Shown here in pieces: positions 1 to 15,030 of a stretch of DNA of 64,000 nt; the first letter of the stretch is position 1; each line of letters begins with the position of its first letter. The position numbers and the translations under genes are program-made. The DNA comes from Mytilus trossulus (taxonomy: Eukaryota), in assembly GCF_036588685.1 (NCBI RefSeq), contig NC_086373.1:91574001-91638000 (forward strand). Direction: 5' to 3'. The notes below the pieces were generated by a model that was not told the DNA's origin, did no database searches, and was given only the letters and a program-made list of their open reading frames with translations.

Positions 1-2983
1 CCTAGGTTTATTTTACCCAATATATCAATTCTCGGTTATTTTTTTGACACCTTTGTTTTGACATTTCTTACCAAAACTAATAAATATAAAAAAATCAATT
101 GTTAAACTATATTTCTGTAAAGGTTGGAAGTCTTGTATGTTTATATTTTTATTTAAAAAGGTGTCATCTTATCATATGCTAAAAATGGCTGTGACATATA
201 TACACTGAAGATCAAAATTGGCTTCCACCTTGTTATTTTAATTTATTTGTTTAAAAACAATAGCATGAATGTTCTATGTCTCCCTATGTTCAATTGTCAG
301 TATATGGTGTTTCATTGAGCCAATGTGAGCAATCTCTTAAACACAACTACTCGGTCAAACAAAAACAAACTTCAAAACATCTGAATATAATTCTATAATA
401 ATAAAAAAAGATATATAAAGATATTTATATTCAGTAAATGAATAAGGAGATGTGGTAAGGACCAGATAACGGAGGACGTAAACAGTTATAGGTCATCGTA
501 CGACTTTCAATAATGAGCAAAACCAATAAAGTAAAGTGAAAATTATATAAAAACCATTGCAGATACCCATGACAACCACTGATTCCCAACTTAGGGCAAG
601 CACATACAAATGTGGCGGTATTAGATATGTTTTAAAGCGATTAACCCTCTCCTACATGCACGGGAACTGCGGTGTTACAACAAAATGAATATCAATGGAA
701 AGGGCTTGGCACATTAGATTCACACAAAACATAAATATATATATATATATATAAATAGAAAAAAAATAACCAAAGTACCTATCTTAAAGTAGTCTTATGC
801 AGTTAATATGTGAAAGCTATTTTAATGGCTTTCCCAGTTTTATTTGGCCTAATATAGATCAGAGACATATATCTATATAGATCCATTCTAATACTGTCTT
901 TTCACTGTTATCTTCTTGACATTTTTTTTGACATTTCCTACCAAACCAATAAATATCAACAAAAACTCGTTAATATTTTACTGTAAAGGTTGAAAGTTTT
1001 AAATTCAGAAATTACTTATTAAAATGTGTCATCTTATGGCATAGTATTACTGTAGTTTGTTCAATATCGCTGTGACATACATAGAAGATTGCCATTTTTT
1101 CATGTCTGAATATGATTTTACATATTTTATTGTATCTCTATGATCAGAAATACAACGATTTAGATTCTTATTCAATGAAATAGTATAAAAGAATACAGTC
1201 CAACAATCGATAATTAACCGACAACGGTATCCGACCTTACTGCCCTATTATTAAACCTTTTGGCATTACTCAAAGAAATCTATGCGTAATAGAAAGATGA
1301 TGCAGTTTACCTGGTGACTATGTATGAAGTGAATCATTTGTTTATATTGAGGTTCTGAAGTATTTCTGTTAATTAGATGATTAAAAAGAAACAGCAACTA
1401 CGTAACAAATAGGCGCAGTATCCTAATATATTGGATTACTACGTAAAAAGCACCTGTTTACATACAACTATTTCTAACACAATATCCCGTCGATTACGAA
1501 ATGTATCTATAAGAGATGTTGAAATAAGGTTTCTCAAAAGTTAAAATACGAGTTTTGCTTGCTAGAACGAATATAATCATAATTAAATCTTTTACTCTTA
1601 CAATAATTGAAAAGTCGGAGTATAATTTCTAACTAGATCGGTGTTAACCAGATTAAACAAATCGCAGTTAATAAATATGTTCTCCTGTTTACATGAAAAT
1701 AAGGATCATTTTTTAAAAAAGATGTTAAAATGATAGCTTTTCTGTGTAATGTCCCGCTCAAGATTCTAGATCAGCTGTATTGGATCCGAGTCTCGAGGGC
1801 CAGTGCAGCTAGCATATCTCGGATCTATGCAGAAACAGAAAACAGCCCGGTTTGTTACATATATAAAACAAAAACCTATGTTATTTGATCAAAATGAAGG
1901 TTTAAAAACTATGTATGTAGTTTTCTGTTTCATTAATTTGTTTTTGCATTTAAGACTTTCCTATACTAAATATGTGATTTTCCACATATTTTATAGTGAA
2001 TAAATACATTTATTATTTCCCTGCTAACGGATAGTCGTGTGGTTGTGTCTATATGACGCTACATATAGTTCACGTGTCGTTGACCGATAGAAAGTCCGAA
2101 GGAGTAGTTGTTGTCTTCCTGATTTCAAGCTGATATTTCCTGAAATAGCCCCGAGTCTTCCGCTATATCAATAAACCAGTATCAATGAATTGTCTGGTGA
2201 TTTTATAACACAAATGGTTCCATTGGGAACATATATCTACAATTAGCTTAATACAGAATCAATACATTGTGATATATATAACTCCATTCTGTCACATCAA
2301 AGACCGTTGGAATGCTAATCCTCTGTTTGCCTCTTCTCTCTGTTTAATAGTCTTAAATTTCATGAGTTTCTATATCAAAGTACAATGAACATAACAAAAG
2401 ATTATATTTATATATATTTAACATCAAGGCCGTAGCGCATGTCCTTTTAAAGTGAGGCATTCCGCCGAGCGGAGCGAGGCGAAAAATTTTTGGGCCCTTT
2501 TTTTTTAGGGGGGTTCGGATGCATGAAACGGAAGAAGCTTATTTCAGCATTACTATCTATAATAAAAAAAAACAAAAAAATATAACAGAAATGCGGATTT
2601 TTTTTATTAGCTAGCCTAGTAAGTAACAAAACGAGTTTCAATATTAAAGTTAATCTCTGTTGGTCAACCAAAACTTTACGATTCTCCTGTGATTTGTACT
2701 ATTAAAAAGCTTCAACACACCTTCTGATGTATATACATATATACATGTATTTATCTCCAACAGCAAGTTATAAGCTTCTAAAAGACGAGAACATATTATA
2801 AGCATCAATTAGGATACATTTATTATACATAATCATTAACCATAAGAATAGGTACAGAGAAGACTAGACCAACATTGTTACTTAACCAGATGTTTGACGT
2901 TCTAATGTCACAAGTGATCACAAGTTATCTGTAAAAATGTAAACATTCCGCTGGAAGACATGTCAACCTACCTGGACACATTA

Positions 2984-3225
2984 GGCCATAATAAATAATA
3001 GGTTTGTTTGCCCAAACGCTACCTACCCAGAAAAAAGCTGCCTACTCAAATTCTTTTATTGTCCTGATTTGAAGAAGTTTTTTTTAATCAAATAGGCATG
3101 AAGACTAATGAACATCTGATACTTCAATTTCTTTTTTTGAAAAAAAATAAAATGCCTACCTACCTACCCACTGTCTCAACCTTTGTGTAGGGTTTGGGCA
3201 AATCAAAATATTTTTAAGTGTGGCC
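2984..3225. mobile_element. MITE, PIF/Harbinger-like (TTA TSD), nested in the 2425-3976 element
   Basis: Imperfect TIRs GGCCATAATAAA...TTTGCCCAAAC and GTTTGGGCAAA...GTGTGGCC; TTA immediately on both sides; internal CCTAC subrepeats. Confidence 0.75.
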
Positions 3226-3247
3226 TTATTCTACCAATTTTTAAGTC

Positions 3248-3330
3248 ATTGGTCTGACCTACCGTTTCGGGGTTCGAACCCACGGCCTACCACAATAGAA
3301 TCAATGGAACACGCTAGCATACAACCAGAC
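3248..3330 (-). mobile_element. tRNA-derived SINE head fragment
   Basis: Minus strand reads GCTAGCGTGTTCC...CGTGGGTTCGAACCCCG...GGTCAGACCAA, i.e. a Pol III B-box (GGTTCGAACC) in a decayed tRNA-like context. Confidence 0.5.
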
Positions 3331-6300
3331 AATGTTAATAATAATAATAGAAAAAAAGAAACACGAAAAAAATATTTTCAAACAATACCAAAAATATATT
3401 TCATACTTTTATTAAAGATAAATAAAAATCATGAATTGCCTTATACATTAAAGACTTCCATATTTATGAAAATGGCGCTTCATGATTTTGTTCAGTAAAT
3501 CAATTATAAATAATCATTATATTTTTTGGTCAATGAATTATTTTATCGATTTGCATTTGCAGCATGTTTGTTGTTCAGTGTGTAAACATTGGTAGATTCA
3601 AAAATAAACCAAGAAAGTTATAAGCCAGCATACTCATGAGTTTCCCTTTTCATCTTTTTTCTCTTTAAAGAACCCGTCTTCAACCAGTCTTGTAACGACA
3701 TACATAAGATTTGTTTCAATTTTTGTATTTTGATTTGTAATCGGGACACTTATTTTTTTTTACCGTCACCGTTATGGTAAAATAATTATATTCAAAATCG
3801 CTGCTGCAGATTGGAAACACTGTATGAAGTGTGCCGGTAGATAGTTTGAAACTCGAAACTCGCATATTGATAATGTAAAATACATGAAATTAAAAAAAAA
3901 TGACACTTCTAAAGTTTGATCGTTGTTTCAAAAGTGAGGCATTTGCCTCATTTGCCTCCATTACGCTACGGCCCTGAACATTTTTTTATAAAAACTATAA
4001 CGCTTTTAGTTAATATCTTAAGCAAAAACACATAGTTAAGAAGTGATTAAAGAATCAAGTGATTACAACATTTTGCGTCGTTTCTGCATGTGTTCAGAAA
4101 GTGACGTCGGCGTAATCACTGCTGACGTAAAATCTACAATAATCAACCCTTCCCCGCATTTCATCTGTTGCGTTCTCTTATAATTGATTTCAATTGAGGT
4201 CACGAGTATTGATACTGGGATAGGAATCAATATTGTAGTAGCTAAATATATCCCCGCATCAATTAGACTGCCATCAAATCCTACACACAGGCGCATTTGT
4301 CAATAGATGGTCTGCTTTAGCAGAATGACATAGATAATACCATATATGGATATCTAGATGCATCTTCTAAATTAGTGACGGTATTGCATTATCCATATTG
4401 AATTTTGCGTAATCTGTCTAGAAATGGTATGTTAAAAATAGTAAGGCATGAAACGTCCCTTTTCACCCTCGCAATTGAAGTTATCATGCATTCATTAAGA
4501 TCTAAGTAAAATATATAAGTTGTAGAATATAAGTAAAATAGTATATAATGAAATATCAATAATGATATTGTTCTTACATATGAATTTTATAAGTTATAAA
4601 ACAGTTCCTTCAGGAAAAATTCTTGCCCCTTAAATTATGCAGAATATGACAGATCAGTCAACTATGAAACAGACGTTACTGCATGTATATATAATATAGT
4701 TATTGAAAGTGAAAGAATGTTACGGCTCATTGTATGCTTTTTCCTTTTACATCTCTGAAATACAATTTTATATAATGATATAATATGTATTGTTGCAATT
4801 GTTTAGCGACTTTTCTATGAAATAAGCCAAAGTTTTTGACATATATTTATTGTATATTTTCATTTAATTGCAACTATACCAATGGTAATGCTGTCATAAA
4901 CCGATCTGGATTGTTCTGTCTTTGTCCCAATGATTTTTATTTTGACGCCCTTGAACGTTCTGCTTCGAAAATATGCTTTGTAAAAGTGGTCAATGTTGTT
5001 CCAGGAACACGGGTCTATCAGACTGAAACATACATCGTATTTATATCGCTATCTATAGCTTCAAATCATGGGTACGTTCACTTTTTCTAAGGTATTCAGA
5101 CATGTAACGACCTTTAGTATGTTCACCTGTGCTTTTAACATTCCGGAAGAAAAGTAGACATATTAATGTTAAATTATCATAAATTTACCTTTTATTGTTC
5201 ATAAAATCTTTGATATATTTTTTTTAAATAACGTATAATGTAGTTATAAAAGAGACATTAGAGGAGAGAGTCTTGTTAACATAATCATCCTCTAATCGGT
5301 ATAACGAAGAGCCATCGGATTATTCTGCCAACAGACAAATTAAGAGAACATCAATATCATCCGACTCAGAAGACAGAAAAACTTCTGTATAGTGTGTGAT
5401 TGTTCGTTGTATAACGTCAAGTCCAATTATTTTACACATAGCCATGACAACTGCAGTGCAGCTTATATTTTCAATCAGCTCTGAACAGTATGTTAAGTCT
5501 TTTCCAAATTTTCAACCGTTTAAATTGTTAGATTTTTAATGGTATATAGAAACTATTGAAAATAAATTATTAATGCTAATTGAATATATTCAAGACTATG
5601 ATTGTAGAAAGTTTTAGACTGCTGCATGTGTTTAAATTCCAGAATGCATTTGGTCAACGTCAAAGCACCATTACGGATATTTAAAACTATACCCTAGCAG
5701 TCACTTAAGGACCCTCAATGACAGATAATATTCGATGCAATTTGTCAAGCTCTAGATCGCCTCGAGTGTTAATTCGATTGAAGTTATAAAGGAAGAGTTA
5801 TTCCTAAATTGAGAAAAACTATGACAACCATTGATGGTGATCTAGATTTGAGACAGACACATTACCACGCGGTCGGGTTATATTTTTCAGATTATGAAAC
5901 CAAACATATAAAACGACATTCTGTAGAAAAATAAAATGACCGAGAAGATGACAATTTATTCCTGAGAGTAGTGGGAATAAGAGAATTTTTTGCTCACGAA
6001 ATTTTTATTTTTACTTGTTGCTGGCTCCCTTTATTTAGCGAAATTACATGGTCCTACGTTAAGTAAGAATTTTATCTCTCAATTTTATTAATACAGAAGC
6101 CGTTAAAGGGATAAACTTATTGCTGGTATACGTGTATGAGAACAATTTATTTACTGTTAATGCATTGTTTTTAAAGCAGAATCTATATTAGTTTTGATAA
6201 AATGTCAAAAGTCTCAAAATAATCGTTACAAATGTTAAACAAGGTATAAATTATTTTGAGCATTCCGTGCACCAGCACCTGTGATCGAAACCATGGGAAG

Positions 6301-8547
6301 TATATGACATATTATATATGAAGCTCCGAGCCAAATAGAGGGTTCTTACAGGTTCATATAAACTTTGTTCTAATAAATAATATAAGAAAATTTTGAAGTG
6401 ATATTAATTTCTTACTTAACACACACGGAATATTTATGCCAACTATGTCCATCTAAATCATATAAAAGCGACATAAAACTGACAGTACACATTCTTCGAA
6501 TGATATTTTTATATGGTCGCCTAAACAGTACAATTACTAATGATATGTTTTCTTTCTGCGAGGTTTGGAAACTTTTATTTTTATCTAATCTGATATTGAA
6601 TTTCCTTTTTGGCTGGATGGTTGACCTTATATATAGGTAATAGAGGCTGGTCTTATATGGATTAATAACAGCAATGGCATAGGTAAAATGATATGTGAAT
6701 CTCCCCCAATTGCACATATAAACAGTTGTTTCTTTAAAATTTAGAAGATTTACTTTAACTTAAACTTTCTGTTAACTACACTTGGAGTTTATATTCATTA
6801 TTTAATCAAACATGGTATATATGTAAGCGAGGAATTTCCCCCCTTAGGGGAATAGTTCCAAATTAGGTTTAGCCTATATTTCTGATTTACACCTCTCATC
6901 AATCAGAGAGAATCGTGTCGATATCTGAAACCTTTCGGATGTGTATTGACAAGCGAGACATATTAAAACGTCACAACATTGAGATTTTTTTGCTGTGAAA
7001 ACATCTGACAGTGTTGTTGATTTTAACACGGAAATACCAATTACTTTTACCGTCACAATAAAAACAGAGACATTCCAATTCAGTACTTTGTTGACATGGA
7101 TTAATAGAGACTGTGTTTCAGAGACACAAAAGAAAATAGAAAATCCCCGTTATATTTGTGATATATACACTCTAGTGATTCATCAGCCTGAACAAGACAT
7201 GTATGCAAAAACTACATTAATTGTGGTTATATGATTTCACCAAAATGTTAAACGTTATGAAGTACAAACAATGTCTTTGACATAACATCTTTTGGTGTAC
7301 AGAGACTCTTTTGTTTCCTATGACGGTTTCTTTCGCAATATAAATTAACCTTATTGTTTTGGTTTATTTTCAAAATAAAAAGTCAATAGCCTTAAATATG
7401 CTAATACTAAAATAAAATAAGCACACACACATACACCTTTGTGTGCACAACTCCACGTGAGTTTTTAGAGCTACTTCTTTCTACATTTTGGCGCGAAAGA
7501 ATTGCTCTAATTCCCAGACGGTAATAACGTAAATACTTCGTTGTATAACCCAGTCAGTAGGTCACAAGGAATTTAAATTTAGCGATAAAGTGATATTTTC
7601 TAAAGAGCAAACAAAAGTTTAAATAAACTGTAATGCATATTCACGGCTTTATGGATTATTAAGTTTGTAGTTTACGTCAGGAACAAATATTGTGCAAATA
7701 CAATTCACAAACATTCAGTACCAAGGAACAAATAGATCTGCATTTTCAAAAGATTTTATTGATTGAATATCGAACTAACATTTTTGTTCTTAATAAATGT
7801 CCTTTGAATAGTGAAAAGTTTAATATTCCCAGTGATATAGTACGATTAAATGTGCCAGATAAAGAAATAGCCATGCTTTGTTATGACTTCTCACGGCTTG
7901 TGGTGGTAACCTCAGGACAAACAAAACATCGAAAGACAATTGTCCTTGTTATACTTTTTTACTGTGTCATATAGTATAGACAGTTTGATCTTTTTTTAAA
8001 TTTCAAAGTAACAATTGAAAGGCATCATTGTTCAAGTTTTTAGACTTTATTACTAAGATTTATTTTTTGAGATATTAAAAGTTTTGGGTTAACATCTGTT
8101 GACCTTTATCCATTTGTTTTTTCTACTTATGATTTTTCATTTTGAAACAAACTAACATGACGGAACAATTATCATGATACATCGTGTCCTCGGACAACAA
8201 TCTTCCGACACAAACTGTTACATTCAGCCTTTGGCACCAAGAAAGGGTTGTTATTCAGGTCGATCAGGACAATCTTGACAGCTGTTGTCCTTATTCAAAT
8301 AATGCCAGTCACTTCAGTCTACCATTCCCTTGACAAAAGCGGTTTCAGAATGAACGGAATATAACAAGTCATTAACGCTGAGATCAAAATGGCTTCATTG
8401 GTGCTAATTTCTGTGACCCGAAAACTTTTTTTTAATTTTCATTTATCAGAACACTGAATTTTATAGGATATTATATGATGTTAAGGAATTGGCGTCTTAT
8501 AGAGCTTCGTACTATATTTACGAAATAAAGCATTCTTATTTCAAAAT

Positions 8548-8700
8548 AAATAAAATTGAGAATGGAAATGGGGAATGTGTCAAAGAGACAACAACCCGAC
8601 CATAGAACAGACAACAGCAGAAGGTCGCCAACAGGTCTTCAATGTAGCGAGAAATACCCACAACCGGAGGCGTCCTTCAGCTGACCCATAAAACAAATAT
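8548..8700 (-). repeat. Dispersed SINE-like repeat (copies in opposite orientation at ~25655-25793 and ~49352-49461)
   Basis: Shared block GTTGTTGTCTCTTTGACACATTCCCCATTTCCATTCTCAATTTT recognisable in three places in the window. Confidence 0.65.
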
Positions 8701-11700
8701 ATACTAGTATAGGCCTTAGATACCATTTTATACGAATACGAAAGTTTTATTTTTATATGTGAACCGAATCAAAATAAAAATTTCGTATTCGTATTGTCAA
8801 TTTTCAAACAAAACAAATAGTTTGCTTATTTTCTTCTGTATAGGCTAGATTGTTGGACTCGTACACAATTCATTTGTAATTTATGTATATATAATCTTTA
8901 CTTCTATCATTTTTGGTGTGTAAATGAAAGCCAGATTAAAGCGGGTTTTTTCTTGTACCAATATATACATGTACCAGATAAAACAAATTTTCCCCATTAT
9001 TGATTAACAATAAAGATCGAAGTGTCCTTCCTATTGAACTTTTGAATTAATTGTTGCTAGTCTGAAATTTGCAATGTCATATTTGAAATATATATACTTT
9101 ACGTGCATGATTGGAGCTAAATAATACAAACTAAAAACAAAAACAAATTACGAATTTCATATTAATCAGACGTTTACATTTACATATATATATATAAGTA
9201 AAAGACATGTCCTGTGACGAAAAAAGAAACAAAATATCTATTTTTGTTTAGTAAACTAATTGCCGTTAATTGTTTTGCCTTATTTAGAATGTAAAACACG
9301 TTACACGAAGACGTTTATACCTGTAAGTAGCGACCACAAATATTTGTATGATACATATTGCTGGAAGGTTAATTAGTCTGCGAGAAACACTATGTGACAT
9401 ATTTATGAATGCTTTTAGTGACACAGACAAATGTTACTGATCTAGGGTATGAGGTTACATTGTTTCCTTGTTCTTAAAACATACCCAAATGTACAACAAT
9501 GCGTGCAGTAAAGAGATGTGGTATGATTGCCAACGAGACAACTATCGCCTTCAGCAATGAGTAAAACACACAGTATAGTAGACTCTAAAATGACTCGATT
9601 TAAGAAATGTGAAGCAGTTCAAACAATTCAAACGAGAAAACTAACGGTCTGATTTATAACAAAATAATTTACAAATACATGTGGAACTATAACGAAAACA
9701 ATAACGGGCTCCTGGGTTGGGACAGGCACATATAGAATGAGACGGGTTGTATATTAAATACTTTCAATTCTATTGTATGCATGTACCTTTTAGGGCATTC
9801 ACAGCGCGTAAATTCAGAAAATAGTGAGTTGAGAGAGACTTGAACGTTGAAATGCTAAATGTGCACATTTAATTTCCAGTGTGTTCTGTGGTCGGGTGAC
9901 CGAATAATGCATCATTAACTTATCAGTATATATACTTGTACTTAGTACTTGTTAATCGAATTTTAGATTACTTGAAATACAATAATATGCAGAGCGTGGT
10001 AACACATTGCAACAGATAAAGCCACACTAGACTACATCAAAAGCAGATTGTGCATACCTAGTGCGTGTCTGCTTTTTAGGCAAATAATTAGCATACACGA
10101 TATTGGATACATTGCAACAGGACATGCATCCAAGACGTGTCTTGGGTAAACAAAGTAACGACAGATCTATCACCCTTTTATAACATATCCTAATGATTTA
10201 TTGTATAATTGATTCTCTTCAGAAGTTTTTAAGAAAGGTTTACGATGCAGATTAAAGTACACTGAAACGAGTTATAGAAAATGAATAAAAATAGATTGCA
10301 ACACTACATCCAGTTTGATACGATATGTATCCACTCAAGACAGTTAAATTTTCAAATTTTTAACGCAAAGACTGCCGGGCTTTTAAAATATTGAAATTAT
10401 AACTGTCGAGTGGAGATATGTCGTATAGCACTCGATTCTGTGGAATCTGGTGTTTTTTTACGGTTTTTAGTCGATATTGTAGACATTTTTATCGTTCCCT
10501 TTTCAATGAACTGCAAAACAATATGTTCTTTATATATATGACGTCTTCATTTATTGTTGCCTTTTTTTTTTTACGACACAGCACGCTTTTTAGAGGACAG
10601 CTAGAATTTTTGACGTCATAATTGAGTCTTGACTTGACCAATAAAGAACTGAGATCAAACGAACCATTAAATAAAAATTATTAAGCGGTCAGAAAATACA
10701 TACTGAACGTATAAGAATGAGAGAAAAATTATATTATTTTCATTCGTCGTGTTATAAAATCACTTCAGCCCTTGATCTTTTCATAACTATAGCGATTGTC
10801 TATATACATAATAATCATAGCTATGTCTGTCTTGTTCTGCCGTGGATGGTAATCACGATTTGGATTTATATTATCAAAAAAATATCTTCATCATTGTACT
10901 TTTCAACCTGAAAAAACAACATTGCCCTTGAACATATTAATAAATATTCCAACCAATATGACCTTCAGATTTCATAGAATTCAAATAATATAAATACTGT
11001 CAACAGTAATTATAATTTATTCATATCCCATAATCGACAGAATGATAAACTATTCATAACTCTTAAACTTCCGCTTTGCACGGCTCCATGATTACTGATT
11101 TTAAGTCGCCAGCTTTTATCAATGCCAATTACGAAATTTAATTTCTGGTCATTAGGAAACTGAAAGTTATCCATATGCTTCCATAAGGCTGAACTCATGA
11201 TAAATCTATTGAGATTTAATTTGCTTCCCATCATGTGACCTTAAGGTGTCTGGAAACTGTTTAGAGATGACCTCCATTTAGAGATGACCTGTCAATGCTA
11301 CCGTCTGCATCGAATACGCTCTCATAATTAATCTCTAAAGTCTGCTAAGAAAATTGGTCAGACAAATCTGGGGACACAATCTTTATAGGATTTAAATCGA
11401 AAATAACTTGAAAGCACTAATATTTGAGATGTATGGAAACTGACTAATGACATTCTGTCATTTGCGTTGGAATAAACTAAGTCAATAGTGATTTATGATT
11501 TTTGTTACCTGATTTCACCAACCAACTTTCTGTACCCTGAAGATTACTGTATGTCACGAAATAGTGGTAATATTCGAATTAATGATCATCCTTTCCCTTG
11601 TGTAAAGATGTAGGGAAATCGTCATAGTGTACTGCTGTGTACTCTTCATTGCAATTATGTAAAAGCTTTACGTGGGAAGATCTAGCGATGTTTCCATCGA

Positions 11701-13692
11701 CCGATATATCGTGTTTTGTTCTAGTTCCAAGACAAACGTTTGCGTAATTTGTTGAGTTGTGATTGCATGGAGTAATAGAACTGGTAATCTTCCTAACGAC
11801 ATCTTAATATAGATATTATTGATAAATTTACTCCGGTGATGGGTCAGACAGAGTTTATGAAATCTTAAAATTACAGAATTACTAAAGATTTCTCATTACT
11901 GTTTAATCCATTTGGGAGAAAAGATGTTATATCGAGCCATAGAGAAAGAACACGATAAATATCTGAAGAATGACAAAGAATATTGGCGAGACACCCTTAT
12001 ACTTATAATACAAAGTAGAAGTTTATTCTAAACATATATTTTAGAAAGTGCAAACTCAATTACTACATGACCATAGGGTGCTCTGAAAAATTACAGAATA
12101 AATCATTAATGCCGAATCTTGATAAGAATACATCTCAAATTCCAGCGAAAATAAAGGCCAAATCCCAAATTCCCGCAAACAAAAAGGCCTACTCCCGACG
12201 TGCCATAATAGGTCTGCATATCCTCCTTTTACAATCTTTAAATGCACTTTTTTTATTCCGCTTTACATGATAGAATAAGAAAAGTAAAATTGTTTGACAA
12301 ATTCATACTGTATTTTACAATATGATCCTCGGTATAATCAGAATTTTACATATTTGAAGCTTTATAATTCTATTATGATACGCCGTTCTTTGATGAGAGT
12401 ATTTATTGTATAGAACCAGCATCAAATTAGATTTTCAAGCAGCTATTAACCTTTAATGAACCCAACAAGGAAGTGACAGCGAGATCCATAAACTAAACAA
12501 CTTCTGTGGCATTGGTTTAAATAGGTTCTTTTTAGCTTTGACAGTTGACATTAATAACTGACCATAGATTGAATTATCATAGGAATTTAAACGATGATTT
12601 TATTAATTTATGTGTTATTGTGAACCCTTGGGATATTACGACAATCAACATATTGGACAAATGGTCCACCATTACTAATCAACCGAACATATGGTTATCA
12701 TTCATTTATATTTAATACTAAAGGTTGGTCATTCAGGGTATCATCATAAAGGGAAGCCACATGGTTTTCTGTTCATGATAAGTTGAATTCTCTTTTTTTT
12801 TGCTTAATTCTGTTCATATGCTATTTTCATGTTTAATTGGAATAAGGACATTTCAGAATATTCCAAAATTGAGATTTTTCAATTTTGCCTGGCCTTCAAG
12901 TAATAAAACATTCGAGTCAGATTTTTGTACTCATACACCAAAATCAACCGATCAAAATGCTAGTTTCATGTTTCGAGCATGATTTTTGTGCTTTTAGCAC
13001 TGAACAAAGTTTTATGACGGTTTTACTATATAACCTCTGTTATAATCTTTAAAGGATAAATACTATTTAACGTTGTTTTCTATATTAATTTTATATAAAG
13101 TACAAATTAGCCTTGTTTACTGTCTGCATTGTGATCTTCTAATAGCTTCAATCACATGTACTTTTGCTGCATATCTTCTGAATATTTCTCCTCTACCACT
13201 TGATGTTATTTAATCACACTATGTCACACTGTTATAGATTTGTTTGTCTTGTAATAGAAACACTAATATTCATCATCGCTCTTAAGACTGAAGAGCAAAA
13301 AGCCATCCAAACTGTCTACTCATGGAGACATACACATGTCTGACATTATTTTTTTTGTGATTTGTAAAGTGTTCTGTTTACATAAATTTAGCGAGATTTT
13401 TTATTTGATCTTGTCTTTTTTACTGGTTGTTATGAACATCTTAAAGAACAGTGATGTCTGTATATTAAAAAAAAAAGATATAAAGACATACCTTTGAAAA
13501 TTTTACTTCTATGACAACTTTATGTGAAAGAGGCCTGATACCATTTTAAGAATTGTGACTTTTTATAAATGCTGTATCAAAATCTCATACATAAAGTCGA
13601 TTCAATAAAAGTAGTGAAGGTTACTACGTTATCATTTGTTTTTTACAAAACAGCTCTTGAATTTTGAGACTTACGTTCCTATGATTGAGCAC

Positions 13693-13878
13693 GTGTGAGC
13701 ACTGCATATACTGTTGGGAACACCGCATATAATTTTGTGAACACTGCATATAAAGTTGTTACCGCTGCATATAATGGTGTGACCACTCCATATAATGCTT
13801 TGATCACTGCGTATAATGTTGTGAGCACTGCATATAATGGTGTGAGCACTGCGTATAATGTTGTGAGCACTGCATATA
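13693..13878. repeat. 21-bp minisatellite, ~9 copies
   Basis: Unit approximately TGTGAGCACTGCATATAATGT, period 21; accounts for the overlapping repetitive ORFs at 13671-13985. Confidence 0.9.
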
Positions 13879-14763
13879 ACAGGAAAAAACAACAGCCTTA
13901 TCTTTATAAAAACGAGAAATGAGAAACAAGGTTCCTGACTTAGGGCAGGTGCAAACAAATACATCGGGTTTGAACGTTTCATCATGCGCCAACCTTCACC
14001 CTAACTTGAGATAGTGGTGTGATACATGTATTTGCAGTTTGACGTTTATTAAACACCACTACGGCCATCCATCGACCCCATTCATGTTTTTGTTCTAATA
14101 GCACCCGGCTTGAACAATCCCTATAAATGATCTGCTTCTTTCAAATAAAGGTTATTTGAAACTATATATAGACAGGTTTATATTGTAACTTGCAACAATC
14201 GTTCACCTGATAACTTTAACTTGAGTTTGACGTGTCTTTTTTCCTCACAATAAGTATGGAATTCTATAGCTCGCGTACATATCTATTATTAATTTAAGTT
14301 TTATTATAGCAATATCACGAAGTTATATACGATATGGTTTATGACAGTCATCAATCGTACAGAAATAGATGTCTACAGACTTAAGAATTTTATTATACTC
14401 CATTGTAAAGTCTATATACTATTAGATGCTGGATAAGAATGGTATCAATTCACACAACATAACTCAAATATTTTCTGCAGTATGATTTATACTTAGTGCA
14501 TTAGATGTAAACGTAAGATAACATATTCAACATTCTTTTTTTAATTCTTTTTTTGGATACAATGTTATATCATTTGAAGCTTGTGTAAGCGAATTCCGGT
14601 TAATTCAAAGTGTATAGGATTGTATTACATATTCTATATATATCAAGTACGTGGAGTTCAACTTCAACAGAATATCATGATAACGATTTCTAATTGATAT
14701 AAAATGTTTTATGTTGTATTAAGAAGCTGTCTCTTTCAAAATATCAAATGATATATCGCCTTA

Positions 14764-15030
14764 CAGCACATTTCAGTGAGTATGTAGCTAATGGTAATAT
14801 CTTTGGTTAGCTTGCTTGTTAGCTGAACCGTGAAGTCGTTGTTAGGTTAGGTAAACTAACCTCCTTTAATAGTAGACTAGCCCAACAGATAACCAATCTA
14901 TCTCTCTGTAGGACTAAACTACTTTAAAAGGAGGGTGGTTTACCTTACCTAACAATGACTTCACGGTTCAGCTAACAAGCAAGCTAACCAAAGATATTAC
15001 CATTAGCTACATACTCACTGAAATGTGCTG
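14764..15030. mobile_element. Palindromic MITE, Tc1/mariner-like (TA TSD)
   Basis: CAGCACATTTCAGTGAG... and ...CTCACTGAAATGTGCTG form near-perfect inverted repeats for >70 bp and imperfect ones almost to the centre; TA on both flanks. Confidence 0.85.

Larger units (their letters stand above)
2425..3976. mobile_element. Non-autonomous DNA transposon with 5-bp TSD (hAT5-like), containing nested insertions
   Basis: Terminal inverted repeats CAAGGCCGTAGCG (2425) and CGCTACGGCCCTG (ends 3976), 12/13 match. AACAT direct repeat on both flanks (2420-2424, 3977-3981). Subterminal AAAGTGAGGCATT near both ends. No transposase ORF. Confidence 0.7.

Noticed and set aside
55-1085. Similar blocks at ~55-200 and ~925-1085
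   Set aside because: An old local duplication or repeat fragments with no termini, ORF or structure to interpret.
13671-13992. Repetitive ORFs (e.g. STAYNVV repeats) as a repeat protein
   Set aside because: They arise from a 21-bp minisatellite open in several frames and run into a dispersed repeat.
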